A stretch of DNA of 29,927 nt from positions 1-29,927 of the forward strand of contig JANOSY010000080.1 of the NCBI GenBank assembly GCA_031416075.1. Reading direction: 5' to 3'. Below the pieces are notes generated by a model, which searched no databases, had not been told where the DNA came from, and saw nothing but the letters and a program-made list of their open reading frames with translations. The stretch comes from Candidatus Tenderia sp. GTDB taxonomy: Bacteria > Pseudomonadota > Gammaproteobacteria > Tenderiales > Tenderiaceae. Shown piece by piece: positions 10,071 to 25,535 of the stretch. Made by a program: the position numbers and the translations under genes. How positions within the stretch are numbered: position 1 is the first letter of the stretch; each line of letters opens with the position of its first letter.

Positions 10071-12296
10071 ATGGTAATGGAGCGGGTTTTGACGATGAGC
10101 GGTACAAAAAAAATGGTGGATCGAGCATGGAGGCTGGGGATGTTTAGACACGGAGTTTTGGCGGCCTTGATGCTGTTTAGTTTGACAGTCCCAGTGTTGG
10201 CACAGGCGCAGGCTACCGGGACAAAAGGGGGGAACGCCCTGGAGTCGGTGGATGCTTCTAATTTGCCGGGGAATCGTGTCCAGATTAAGTTCACCCTCTC
10301 CGCAGCGGCACCAGACCCCATCAGTTTTACGATTAATAATCCGGCACGTATTGCCCTGGATTTTCCCGATACTGAAAATAAGATGGCCAAACGTACCACT
10401 CAGGTGGGTCTGGGCGTGGCACGAAGTGTCAATGTCGTTGAGGCGCGTGGGCGGACCCGCGTCGTATTGAATCTTGTGCAACTGGTTCCGTATGAAACCA
10501 GGGTTGATGGTAAAAATGTCTACATCACGCTGGAGGGTGCCAGTGCTGGGGTGACCTCGCCGCCGGTTGATAAAAAACCAGCCGCCTTTAGCAGTCGTGA
10601 AACGCCGACGAGCTTCGCCATCAAAAGTATCGATTTCCGCCGCGGTGATAAGGGCGAAGGGCGCATTCTGGTGACGCTCTCCGACCCAGGTACTAATGTG
10701 AATATTCAGCAGCAGGGCGGTAAGCTGGCGTTAGACTTTACGGATACCAATGTGCCTGCCGCGCTGGAGCAGCGTCTGGATGTGACTGATTTTGCCACGC
10801 CAGTGACGTTAATAGATACGTTCCGCCAGGGAAATAACGTTCGTATGGTGGTGACGGGGCAGGGGCAGTATGAACATATGGCCTACCAGTCAGGCAATCT
10901 GATGACCATTGAGGTCAGAAAGAGTGTAGAAAAAGATATGGAAGAGCTAAAACGCAAAGGTGATCAACGTGCGTTTGGTGGCGAGCGGCTGTCGCTCAAC
11001 TTCCAGAATATTGAGGTGCGGGCAGTATTGCAGCTGATTGCCGACTTTACCAGTATGAACCTGGTGACCAGTGATACGGTAACAGGTAGCCTTACCTTGC
11101 GTTTGCAGAACGTGCCGTGGGATCAGGCGCTGGATATTATCCTGAGAACCAAAGGTTTGGCGATGCGTGAGATGGGCAGTGTTATGTACATTGGTCCATC
11201 TGAGGAGATTGCTGCGCGTGAGAAGCAGGAGCTGGAGGCTAAAAAGCAGATTACTGAGCTGGAGCCGTTATTTTCGGATCTGATCCAGATCAACTACGCC
11301 AAGGCCTCAGATATACAGTTGTTGTTGCGTGGCGGCGGAGTTGCGACAGCCTCATCGTCAGGGGCGGCGAGCGCAGCTGGGGCGAGCGGTAAGGCATCTT
11401 CACTCTTATCTACTCGTGGCACAGTCACGTTTGATGCCCGAACCAATACCCTGCTGGTTCAGGAGACTGCAAGCAAGCTGGATGAGATACGGAAGCTGAT
11501 TACAGTGCTCGATATCCCGGTACGTCAGGTGCTGATTGAGTCACGTATTGTGATTGCAAACAGTGGCTTTGATCGCAGCCTTGGCAGCCGTTTTGGGGTG
11601 TCGCGGGATACCATGGGGGCTGGTTCCAGTGGTCGTGGTACGGCCATTTCGGGTTCACTTGCTGGAACCGATCAATTGGTTAATAACCAGACGCTAACGA
11701 CGCCTGGGCGCTTGAATGTTAATTTACCCGTGCCTGCTGCTGCCGGTTCGTTTGCGTTGAGCATGGTTAAGTTGCCGTTTGGTACCAATGTTGATCTGGA
11801 GCTGTCGGCCATGCAGATTGAAGGCAAGGGTGAGGTGGTCTCCTCGCCTCGTGTCATCACCGCGAATCAGAAAGAGGCCACTATTGAGCAGGGGGTTGAG
11901 ATTGCCTATCAGGAGTCCTCATCTGCCGGTGCTACCACCGTCTCATTCAAAAAGGCGGTGTTAAGTCTGCGGGTGACACCGCAGATCACCCCTGATGATC
12001 GCGTGATTATGGACCTGCAGGTCAATAAGGACAGCGTGGGGGAGATCTTCTTTGATGTGCCAAGCATCAATACCCGTGAGATCAAAACTCAGGTTCTGGT
12101 TGAAAATGGTGAGACGATTGTCCTGGGCGGTGTGTTTGAACAGGAGACCCGTAAAGATACCACCAAGGTTCCATTCTTAGGTGACTTGCCGCTGATTGGT
12201 GCGCTTTTCCGCAGCAAATCTGAAAAAGATGGCAAGGAAGAGTTGCTGGTCTTTATTACGCCGAAGATCGTTAAGGAAGGGCTATCGCTCAACTAA
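10071..12296 (+). CDS. pilQ: Type IV pilus secretin PilQ (start uncertain)
   Basis: Two AMIN-like domains (PARIALDF; IDFRRG..GEGR), LSLNFQNIEVRAVLQ, VPWDQALD, secretin motifs QVLIESRIV and KVPFLGDLP.IG.LF..ELLVFITPKI. Confidence 0.97.
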   Translation: MVMERVLTMSGTKKMVDRAWRLGMFRHGVLAALMLFSLTVPVLAQAQATGTKGGNALESVDASNLPGNRVQIKFTLSAAAPDPISFTINNPARIALDFPDTENKMAKRTTQVGLGVARSVNVVEARGRTRVVLNLVQLVPYETRVDGKNVYITLEGASAGVTSPPVDKKPAAFSSRETPTSFAIKSIDFRRGDKGEGRILVTLSDPGTNVNIQQQGGKLALDFTDTNVPAALEQRLDVTDFATPVTLIDTFRQGNNVRMVVTGQGQYEHMAYQSGNLMTIEVRKSVEKDMEELKRKGDQRAFGGERLSLNFQNIEVRAVLQLIADFTSMNLVTSDTVTGSLTLRLQNVPWDQALDIILRTKGLAMREMGSVMYIGPSEEIAAREKQELEAKKQITELEPLFSDLIQINYAKASDIQLLLRGGGVATASSSGAASAAGASGKASSLLSTRGTVTFDARTNTLLVQETASKLDEIRKLITVLDIPVRQVLIESRIVIANSGFDRSLGSRFGVSRDTMGAGSSGRGTAISGSLAGTDQLVNNQTLTTPGRLNVNLPVPAAAGSFALSMVKLPFGTNVDLELSAMQIEGKGEVVSSPRVITANQKEATIEQGVEIAYQESSSAGATTVSFKKAVLSLRVTPQITPDDRVIMDLQVNKDSVGEIFFDVPSINTREIKTQVLVENGETIVLGGVFEQETRKDTTKVPFLGDLPLIGALFRSKSEKDGKEELLVFITPKIVKEGLSLN

Positions 12297-12315
12297 ACGC
12301 TGTTTAGACCCTTCG

Positions 12316-12354
12316 AAAACCGGGGCTACGGAAGATCGTGGCCCCGGTTTTTTT
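12316..12354 (+). terminator. Intrinsic terminator after pilQ
   Basis: AAAACCGGGGCTACG-GAAGAT-CGTGGCCCCGGTTTTTTT hairpin with T-tract. Confidence 0.85.
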
Positions 12355-12426
12355 ATTTGCATTGGCGGACATAGCCACTTATTTGGTAAATTCTGCGTTC
12401 GATCAGCATTTTGGATGTCTGTTGTT

Positions 12427-12981
12427 ATGTTGCATACTTCGGAAAAACCGGAGAATATTTTTTTGGTGGGTCCCATGGGGTCAGGTAAGACCACGGTTGG
12501 CAGGCAGTTGGCCAAAACCTTAAACCTTGAGTTTGTTGATAGTGATCACGAGATCGAACGTCGCACCGGAACCACCATCCCCGTGATCTTTGAGGTGGAA
12601 GGCGAGGCTGGTTTTCGGGAGTGGGAGCGTGATGTGATCGATGAGCTGAGTCAACGTCGTGGGCTGGTTTTGGCCACGGGTGGCGGTGCAGTGCTTGATG
12701 TCGATAGCCGGACCCATCTGCGCCTGCGTGGCACGGTGGTCTATCTGCGCGCCAAGGCGGAGCAGCTCTACCAACGTACTGCCCGTGACCGCAATCGGCC
12801 ACTGCTGCAAACCGCAGACCCACGGGCCAGGATTGCAGCGCTGATTGAGGCGCGTGACCCGCTCTATCGTGAAGTGGCAGATATTATTGTAGATACTGGT
12901 GAAGGCAGCGTACGTGGTGTGATCCGTCAATTGCTGAGCCAGCTGCGTCGCCGTGGCCTGTTTAAAGAAAGTGTGAAGTGA
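12427..12981 (+). CDS. aroK: Shikimate kinase
   Basis: [17 protein letters not shown]-loop, DSDHEIE, GEAGFR, ATGGG, RPLL. The ORF-track start at 12196 overlaps pilQ and its terminator and is unlikely. Confidence 0.96.
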   Translation: MLHTSEKPENIFLVGPMGSGKTTVGRQLAKTLNLEFVDSDHEIERRTGTTIPVIFEVEGEAGFREWERDVIDELSQRRGLVLATGGGAVLDVDSRTHLRLRGTVVYLRAKAEQLYQRTARDRNRPLLQTADPRARIAALIEARDPLYREVADIIVDTGEGSVRGVIRQLLSQLRRRGLFKESVK

Positions 12982-14081
12982 TGACAAGGGATAATTTAGA
13001 GTTAAAAAAGCTCAACGTGGCGCTGGCAGAGCGTAGCTATCCGCTCTTCATCGGCCATGGTCTGTTAGGGCGGCCAGAGCTGCTGACGCCGTACATCAGC
13101 GGTCGCGAAGTGATGATCGTGAGCAATACCACCGTGGCACCGCTCTATCTTGGGCAGGTGGTGGCGATGCTGGCGGACTACCGGGTTGGCACGGTAGTGC
13201 TGCCGGACGGCGAGCAGTATAAAACCCTAGCGGTACTCGACGATCTATTTTCGGCACTGCTGGAGCAGCGTTTCAGCCGTCAAGTGACGATTATTGCGTT
13301 GGGCGGTGGTGTGGTGGGGGATATGTCCGGTTTTGCGGCGGCCTGTTATCAGCGTGGTGTCCCTTTTGTGCAGATACCTACAACCCTGCTGGCGCAGGTG
13401 GACTCTTCAGTGGGCGGTAAAACAGCGGTCAACCATCCGTTGGGTAAAAATATGATCGGTGCCTTTTACCAGCCGCGCTGTGTGATTGCCGATACCGCCA
13501 CACTGGACACCCTTGACGACAGGCAGTTTAGTGCTGGCATTGCGGAGGTGATTAAGTATGGTCTGATCCGCGATCGTGAGTTTTTTGACTGGCTGGAGTT
13601 AAATATGGCCGCGCTGTTGGCGCGTGACCCCGCCGCGTTGATCTATGCTGTGGAGCGCTCCTGCCAGAACAAGGCGGAGGTGGTGGCTGAAGATGAACAT
13701 GAGCAGGGTGTGCGTGCCTGGCTCAATCTGGGGCACACCTTTGGTCATGCCATCGAAACCGGCATGGGTTACGGCGAGTGGTTGCATGGCGAGGCCATTG
13801 CGGCGGGTACCTACATGGCCGCCGACCTCTCTGCCCGGTTGGGGTGGCTTGCCCAGGGTGATGTAGAGCGCATAGAGTCACTCCTGAAACAGGCGCGTTT
13901 ACCGGTGCGAGGACCAAAGGCACTTTCGGTTGAACGGATGCTGGAGCTGATGGCGGTGGATAAAAAAGTACAGGATGGTTCTATTCGACTAGTGTTGCTG
14001 CAGGGTATTGGCGCGGCGACAGTCACCGATCAGTTTGATCCTGCCCTGTTGCGGGCCACGCTGGAGCAGTGCCGAACCTAA
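12981..14081 (+). CDS. aroB: 3-dehydroquinate synthase
   Basis: [53 protein letters not shown]. Confidence 0.98.
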   Translation: MTRDNLELKKLNVALAERSYPLFIGHGLLGRPELLTPYISGREVMIVSNTTVAPLYLGQVVAMLADYRVGTVVLPDGEQYKTLAVLDDLFSALLEQRFSRQVTIIALGGGVVGDMSGFAAACYQRGVPFVQIPTTLLAQVDSSVGGKTAVNHPLGKNMIGAFYQPRCVIADTATLDTLDDRQFSAGIAEVIKYGLIRDREFFDWLELNMAALLARDPAALIYAVERSCQNKAEVVAEDEHEQGVRAWLNLGHTFGHAIETGMGYGEWLHGEAIAAGTYMAADLSARLGWLAQGDVERIESLLKQARLPVRGPKALSVERMLELMAVDKKVQDGSIRLVLLQGIGAATVTDQFDPALLRATLEQCRT

Positions 14082-14094
14082 TGGAGAGTTGTTA

Positions 14095-15258
14095 ATGGCT
14101 ACCGATATTCCCCTTGCCCCATACGCGGCGCATCCTGAGCAGTCGCGTGGGCGGAGTTTCAGTGAGCCGCCGCCCAGCTATCGTAGCGAATATCAGCGCG
14201 ATCGCGACCGGATTGTGCACTCGGCGGCCTTCCGCCGTCTGGAGTATAAAACCCAGGTGTTTGTGAACCATGAGGGGGATATGTTCCGCACCCGCCTCAC
14301 CCACACCATCGAAGTGGCACAGATTGGCCGTTCCATCGCCCGCTGTCTTCAGCTTAATGAAGACCTGACCGAGGCGATTGCCCTCGCCCATGACCTGGGC
14401 CACACCCCGTTTGGCCACGCTGGTCAGGATGTGCTCAATGAGTGTATGCGCGCTTATGGTGGTTTTGAACACAACCTTCAGTCACTGCGGGTAGTGGATG
14501 AGTTGGAGGAGAAGTACGCCGATTTTCGTGGCCTCAATCTCAGCTTCGAAACCCGCGAAGGGATACTCAAACACTGTAGTCCTGACAAGGCCAAGGGGTT
14601 GGCTGAGATTGGCCAGCGCTTTCTGCTGCGCCTCCAGCCGGGGCTGGAGGCGCAGCTCGCCAATCTGGCGGATGAGATTGCCTATAACAACCATGACGTT
14701 GATGACGGTCTGCGGGCAGGTCTGATCACAGTAGAGCAGCTCTGTGACGTATCGCTGTTCCGCCAGCAGTATGAGGTGGTGATGGCGCGTTATCCGGATT
14801 TGTCTGGACGACGGCGGGTCCATGAAATTATTCGCCGCATGATCAATAGCCAGGTCACCGACCTGATTAACAACGCCAAAGCCAACCTTGCCCGGGTTCA
14901 GCCGGAGTCAATAGATGCCGTCAGATCGATGGACGGTCCGTTGATCTGTTTCAGTGATGAGATGAATGAGTTTAATCTTGAGATGAAGCGCTTTTTGCGC
15001 CGCCAGCTCTACCAGCACTACCGTGTACAGCGCATGACCAACAAAGCGGGGCGTGTTATCCGCGAGCTGTTTGGCGTTTTTATGGCCGAACCAAAACTGC
15101 TGCCGCCAGAGGCGTCGCGGGAGGCGGCGGCCTTTGAGGCAGCCACCGGCGAGGAGGGGCGCGCCCGCGCCGTGGCCGATTACATTGCCGGCATGACGGA
15201 CCGTTATGCCATTCTTGAATATGGGCGCATGTTTGATCCCGCAGCACTCACCTGGTGA
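14095..15258 (+). CDS. dgt: Deoxyguanosinetriphosphate triphosphohydrolase (HD family, short type)
   Basis: [61 protein letters not shown]; GGAG RBS before ATG 14095. Confidence 0.95.
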   Translation: MATDIPLAPYAAHPEQSRGRSFSEPPPSYRSEYQRDRDRIVHSAAFRRLEYKTQVFVNHEGDMFRTRLTHTIEVAQIGRSIARCLQLNEDLTEAIALAHDLGHTPFGHAGQDVLNECMRAYGGFEHNLQSLRVVDELEEKYADFRGLNLSFETREGILKHCSPDKAKGLAEIGQRFLLRLQPGLEAQLANLADEIAYNNHDVDDGLRAGLITVEQLCDVSLFRQQYEVVMARYPDLSGRRRVHEIIRRMINSQVTDLINNAKANLARVQPESIDAVRSMDGPLICFSDEMNEFNLEMKRFLRRQLYQHYRVQRMTNKAGRVIRELFGVFMAEPKLLPPEASREAAAFEAATGEEGRARAVADYIAGMTDRYAILEYGRMFDPAALTW

Positions 15259-15268
15259 ACGATAACTG

Positions 15269-15529
15269 ATGCGTGTCTATATGCAGATTCCGGCGCTTGA
15301 GGATAAACCGCCGCGTTTTTATCATCTGATCTTGCAAAAAGATCTGCTGGAGGGGTGGTCACTGGTGCGAGAGTGGGGCTTTCAAGGCAGCGGTGGCCGC
15401 ATTAAACGTGAACACTACAGCAGTCGTGATGCCGCAGAGGCGGCGTTGATTGCCGGTCGTGATACCCAGGTCCAGCGTGGTTTTCGTGTGGTCTTTGTGC
15501 AAGGGCAACAGGCGCAAGAGTCGGAGTGA
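15269..15529 (+). CDS. Stand-alone WGR-domain protein
   Basis: RFYHLILQKDLLEGWSLVREWGFQGSGG...RGF matches the bacterial WGR pattern (RFY...DL.G.W.L.REWGR.G..G...GY). Confidence 0.8.
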   Translation: MRVYMQIPALEDKPPRFYHLILQKDLLEGWSLVREWGFQGSGGRIKREHYSSRDAAEAALIAGRDTQVQRGFRVVFVQGQQAQESE

Positions 15530-15599
15530 TTGCGCAGTCTCCCTTTGAATTTGGCATGGCTCTGGCCAGTGTGGCGTCAGCATAATATTGGGGCTGCCT

Positions 15600-17168
15600 A
15601 TGGACGAAAATTTCAACATTAATCCTGATGCGGTTGATCTGGGTGCCCGTGTAGCGCCACGGGACCCCTTTGCCAGCCAGTGGCTGGGGCCGGTCTATGT
15701 CAATGAGAGCTATAAACTCAGCTTCAACAAACTGCTGCATCTGGCCCCCTATAGCGAACTCCTGCGGGTAAGCGGGCCGGTGGGGGTGGGTAAAACTACC
15801 TTGCTGCTGCAGTTTGTGATCAGCGCAAAAAGGAGTTGGAAGGTTGTCTATATCCGCACCAGTTCCCAAATGACCCGTGAAGAGCTACTGCGTGAAGTGA
15901 TCCATGGTTTTGGTCTGGTTCTGGCGGTAGACCACCTGCTGGAGGCGATGTTAAAAGAGCTGGGCCGTTATCTGCAGGCAGTGGCGCGCAGTGGACGTCG
16001 GGTGATGGTGGTCATTGACGATTTCCACCTGCTGGCCGATGAGGTGGTCACCGTGGTTGAGCGCATCCTGAGCGATGAGCGGAGTAACAGCGCCATCAGT
16101 GTGGTATTGGGCGTTGGTGATGGCGCAGTACTGAAGCGTCTGGATAGTTTTTCGATACTATCGCAAAAACTTGCCTACACCCTGCGGCTTGAACCGTTGG
16201 CGCAGTCCGATATGGTGGGGTATATCCATCACCGCCTGAACTACTCTGGAAACGAGGCGTTGCAGATACACTTTGGTGCGGAGTTGATCGTTCAGCTGCA
16301 CAAAAAAAGTGCTGGTCTGCCTGGCAAAATAAATGAGCTGGCTCGGGCGCACCTCAACAAAATGGTAGGTCGCACGGCCATTACCGCAGTACAGGGGCGC
16401 GCCTTGGTACGGGGTGGATTGATACTCATTGCCATTGCCCTGGTGGGGGCGGTACTGCTGTTTCAGGAGCAGATTAATCGGTGGATCACTGCGCCCACAG
16501 CAGCGGTGACACCGCTGGCTGAGCTGGCTATCCCCGCTGTTGTGGAGCCGGTTGACGAGCCGGAGAGTCAGGCTGTGGAGCCGGTGGTCGTTGCGGGTGA
16601 TGGCGAGTCAGCGGCCGAGACGTTGAACATGGGGGCGTTGGCAGATCAGCCGGAGAGTTTTGCCACTCCGGGATCGGTGGTTGAGGTTCCGTCAGAATCA
16701 GAGGTTATCGCTGTGCCCATCCCTATCCCGCCGGTTTCAATATCACCGCCGACGGTAGCACCAACAGCCGCGCCGCCTGCCAAGCCAGTAGTCGAGGCCA
16801 CACCTGTTGAGGTTACTAAAAAGCCCGCTGCCAAGGTGCCGGAGAAACGTTCGCCCAAACCTGTACAGGGCGAGGGTGAGGAGGATTGGCTGGTATCACA
16901 ACAGCCACAGCACTTTACGCTCCAGTTAATGGCCCTTATCGATGAGCCACAGGTCAGGCAGTTTGTAGCCAAACACAAACTCCAGGGGCAGAGTGGGGTT
17001 TTTTACATCAACCGTAAAGGGCAGCGGTTGACCGCCATTGTTTATGGCAGTTATCCAACCCGTGCGGCGGCGGATGAGGCGGGGCGCGCACTGCCCGCCG
17101 GCTGGGGGGTGAAAAATCCCTGGGTACGGACATTTGCCAGCATCTCTGGTGAGGCCAAGCCCAATTAA
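15600..17168 (+). CDS. ExeA/AAA-like P-loop domain, TM helix, Pro/Glu-rich linker and SPOR domain (DamX-like)
   Basis: Walker A GPVGVGKT, Walker B VVIDD, YIHHRL, GLPGKIN, TM helix, and C-terminal FTLQL...YGSY...PWVR SPOR motif. Position between aroB and gltB matches the usual damX locus. Confidence 0.88.
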   Translation: MDENFNINPDAVDLGARVAPRDPFASQWLGPVYVNESYKLSFNKLLHLAPYSELLRVSGPVGVGKTTLLLQFVISAKRSWKVVYIRTSSQMTREELLREVIHGFGLVLAVDHLLEAMLKELGRYLQAVARSGRRVMVVIDDFHLLADEVVTVVERILSDERSNSAISVVLGVGDGAVLKRLDSFSILSQKLAYTLRLEPLAQSDMVGYIHHRLNYSGNEALQIHFGAELIVQLHKKSAGLPGKINELARAHLNKMVGRTAITAVQGRALVRGGLILIAIALVGAVLLFQEQINRWITAPTAAVTPLAELAIPAVVEPVDEPESQAVEPVVVAGDGESAAETLNMGALADQPESFATPGSVVEVPSESEVIAVPIPIPPVSISPPTVAPTAAPPAKPVVEATPVEVTKKPAAKVPEKRSPKPVQGEGEEDWLVSQQPQHFTLQLMALIDEPQVRQFVAKHKLQGQSGVFYINRKGQRLTAIVYGSYPTRAAADEAGRALPAGWGVKNPWVRTFASISGEAKPN

Positions 17169-17230
17169 TCCAGAGTGATTTTGAGTGAGGTGTTGTAGCA
17201 CCGTCATCTGTATCTAAGCGTTGGGCTGAT

Positions 17231-17260
17231 TTGCGCCTCTGGCCTCAAGGGATGTATACT
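17231..17260 (+). promoter_or_regulatory. Putative sigma70 promoter of gltBD
   Basis: TTGCGC, 18 nt spacer, TATACT, about 95 nt before ATG 17356. Confidence 0.55.
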
Positions 17261-17355
17261 CCTTGCCCCTTTTGCGCCGAACTTACACCTCGCTGCACGT
17301 CAGGGTGGCAAGCGTCACTGACTCTATAACAATCAACTGGTTAGATCGTTCACCT

Positions 17356-21798
<4,443 letters not shown>

Positions 21799-21907
21799 CC
21801 GGGCTGGATCCAGAGGGATCAACAGTGTGGGGGTTGCCCCTGTGCTGGTGATGCCCTTCTCAACGCACAGGCTTTGGCTCTGTGTGGACTAAACAAACAG
21901 CGGATAA

Positions 21908-23326
<1,419 letters not shown>

Positions 23327-23339
23327 AAAATAATAATTG

Positions 23340-23452
23340 ATGTAGGGCGGGTTAGGTTTGAAAAACCGTAACCCGCCAAATCGTGCCGCTAGGCACATAT
23401 CAAAAAATATATTGTGTCGCGCCGCGGCGCTCGGTGGGCTGTGCCCACTACA
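23340..23452. repeat. Inverted pair of GTAG-type REP-like palindromes (BIME/REPIN-like)
   Basis: GTAG-GGCGGGTTA-GGTTTGAAAAACCG-TAACCCGCC at 23342-23377. On the minus strand, GTAG-TGGGC-ACA-GCCCA starts at 23451. Outer ends ATGTAG...CTACAT are inverted. Confidence 0.65.
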
Positions 23453-23473
23453 TTGAAATCGGATGGGGAAGTA

Positions 23474-24538
23474 ATGAGCGAATTGAAGAATGATCGTTTC
23501 CTGCGTGCTCTGCTGAGAGAGCCGGTTGATTACACCCCGGTATGGATGATGCGCCAGGCCGGCCGTTATCTGCCCGAGTACCGCGCCACCCGCGAGAAGG
23601 CTGGCAGCTTCATGGATCTGTGCAAAAATGCCGAACTGGCCTGCGAAGTGACCCTTCAGCCGCTCGAACGTTTTCCGCTCGACGCCGCCATCCTCTTCTC
23701 CGACATCCTCACCATCCCCGATGCCATGGGTCTGGGGCTACGCTTTGCTCACGGCGAAGGTCCGGTGTTTGATAAGCCGGTGCGTACCGAGGCCGACGTT
23801 AATAAGCTGTTTGTGCCCGATCCCGAAGGTGAGCTGCAATACGTCATGAATGCCGTGCGTACCATTCGCCGTGAACTGAATGGCCGTGTGCCGCTGATCG
23901 GCTTCTCCGGTAGCCCCTGGACCTTGGCCACTTACATGGTCGAAGGGTGCGGCACCAAAGAGTACTCCAAGGTGAAGGGCATGATGTTTGATCGCCCCGA
24001 CCTGATGCACAAGCTGCTCGACACCGTGGCGCAGTCGGTCACGTCGTACCTGAATGCCCAGATCGCGGCGGGTGCCCAGGCAGTGCAGATCTTCGATACC
24101 TGGGGCGGCGTGCTGACCCCACGTGATTACAAAGAGTTTTCGCTGCGCTACATGCAGCAGATCGTTGCTGGTCTGACCCGCGAAAGTGATGGCCGCAAGG
24201 TGCCGGTCATCCTCTTCACCAAGGGTGGCGGCCAGTGGCTGGAGGAGATGGCCGCGACCGGTTGTGATGCGCTGGGTCTGGACTGGACCACCGACATCGG
24301 CGACGCCCGCCGCCGCGTCGGCAGCAAGGTCGCGTTGCAGGGCAACATGGACCCCTCAACACTCTACGCCTCACCTGAGCGGATTCGCCAGGAGGTGGCC
24401 ACCATTCTTGAGAGCTACGGCAGTGGCAACGGCCATGTCTTTAATCTTGGCCACGGTATCCACCAGCATGTTGATCCAGACCATGCCAAGGCCTTTATTA
24501 ACGCGGTGCATGAGCTGAGCCCCCAATACCACAAATAA
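23474..24538 (+). CDS. hemE: Uroporphyrinogen decarboxylase
   Basis: [58 protein letters not shown]. Confidence 0.99.
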   Translation: MSELKNDRFLRALLREPVDYTPVWMMRQAGRYLPEYRATREKAGSFMDLCKNAELACEVTLQPLERFPLDAAILFSDILTIPDAMGLGLRFAHGEGPVFDKPVRTEADVNKLFVPDPEGELQYVMNAVRTIRRELNGRVPLIGFSGSPWTLATYMVEGCGTKEYSKVKGMMFDRPDLMHKLLDTVAQSVTSYLNAQIAAGAQAVQIFDTWGGVLTPRDYKEFSLRYMQQIVAGLTRESDGRKVPVILFTKGGGQWLEEMAATGCDALGLDWTTDIGDARRRVGSKVALQGNMDPSTLYASPERIRQEVATILESYGSGNGHVFNLGHGIHQHVDPDHAKAFINAVHELSPQYHK

Positions 24539-24550
24539 GGTGAAACGCTG

Positions 24551-25417
24551 ATGATGCCGGAACGCTTTCAAAAACTGCGTGATATGGAGACCTTTACTGA
24601 TGGGTTGATGCAGCGCATCTTCTCGTTTCAGGAGAAGAGCCACCCCGCCTGGGATGAGAGTCAGCCCTTCACCCGGCGCATGGCCAATCTGTCGCTGCAC
24701 AATCTGATCTTCAGCAATCCGGATCGTGATCCCAAGCAGTTTGGCCCGACCATTGCCCACTACTATCCGCTGCGCGAAGAGAACCGTGCCCTGGTGCACT
24801 ACATCCGCCACGTCGCGGAAGATGCGGTGGTGCTTGATCTGCATGCCCGCAATGGTTTTATCGGCACACTGCTGGCCCATGAAGGGGCGAATGTGATCGG
24901 CTTGCGCGACCCGGTGGAAAAGCCAAATCAGATCGCCAACTTTTATGACCCGGCGGTCTATCAACTGCGTGAAGGCACGTTGGCAGATGTCGATTTTCCA
25001 GTGGATGTGGTGCTCTCCGCCTGGATGCCGATGGCCAAAAACTTCACCCCGGATATCCTTAAGCTCAAACCCAAGATGATCATCTACATCTACACCGAAC
25101 ATACCAACGAGTACAGCGGCGAGCGTCAAACCGGTACCCAAGAGGCGTTTGATAATCTGCCCGCCAATTACCGCATTGTGGATGAGTGGTCCATCGCCCG
25201 TCCGGAAAACCTGATGCAAGGTGCCTGGCCAGACCTGTCGGCCAACCTTGAAGAGAATCGGGTGGTACGGATCTATGCCGATGAGTCGATTACTGAAGTG
25301 CCGCGTTACGAGATCGACAAACCGGTACAGCCCTACGATTGGGAGGCTGAGCTGGAGATGGCGCTGTTGGCGATGGAGGCCAAGCAGGAGTTACGCTCTC
25401 GCGGCATTGAAGTATAA
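24551..25417 (+). CDS. Hypothetical protein, possible class I SAM-dependent methyltransferase-like fold
   Basis: AAGGTG RBS, 12 nt after hemE. VVLDLHARNGFIGTLLAHEGANVIGL resembles motif I (VLDLGxGxG); later VDVVLSAWMP and LKPKMIIYI strands fit the fold. Confidence 0.6.
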   Translation: MMPERFQKLRDMETFTDGLMQRIFSFQEKSHPAWDESQPFTRRMANLSLHNLIFSNPDRDPKQFGPTIAHYYPLREENRALVHYIRHVAEDAVVLDLHARNGFIGTLLAHEGANVIGLRDPVEKPNQIANFYDPAVYQLREGTLADVDFPVDVVLSAWMPMAKNFTPDILKLKPKMIIYIYTEHTNEYSGERQTGTQEAFDNLPANYRIVDEWSIARPENLMQGAWPDLSANLEENRVVRIYADESITEVPRYEIDKPVQPYDWEAELEMALLAMEAKQELRSRGIEV

Positions 25418-25449
25418 GTAGCGATACGTCCCCGGATTTTACTATGCCT

Positions 25450-25512
25450 CTTTAACGTTTGCGTAAAGGGTGCTCCGTTTCTGAGATGTCCTGCACCAAT
25501 GCAGGGTTAAGC
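25450..25512 (+). repeat. Degenerate attC-like (59-base element-like) site
   Basis: CTTTAAC ... GTTAAGC (GTTRRRY) spanning 63 bp with a weak internal palindrome (GGGTGCTC/GAGATGTCC); 23 nt before ATG 25536. Confidence 0.4.
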
Positions 25513-25535
25513 TCTCATAACGTGCAGGAAGAGAT

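Noticed and set aside
11330-11410. Gly/Ser/Ala-rich insert in PilQ
   Set aside because: Low-complexity loops in the secretin N3 domain are common.
12196-12426. 77-aa N-terminal extension of aroK
   Set aside because: It overlaps pilQ and crosses a strong terminator.
14095-15258. dgt as an antiphage dGTPase
   Set aside because: Its housekeeping position after aroB and core-like codon usage point to the ordinary dgt family; there is no defence context.
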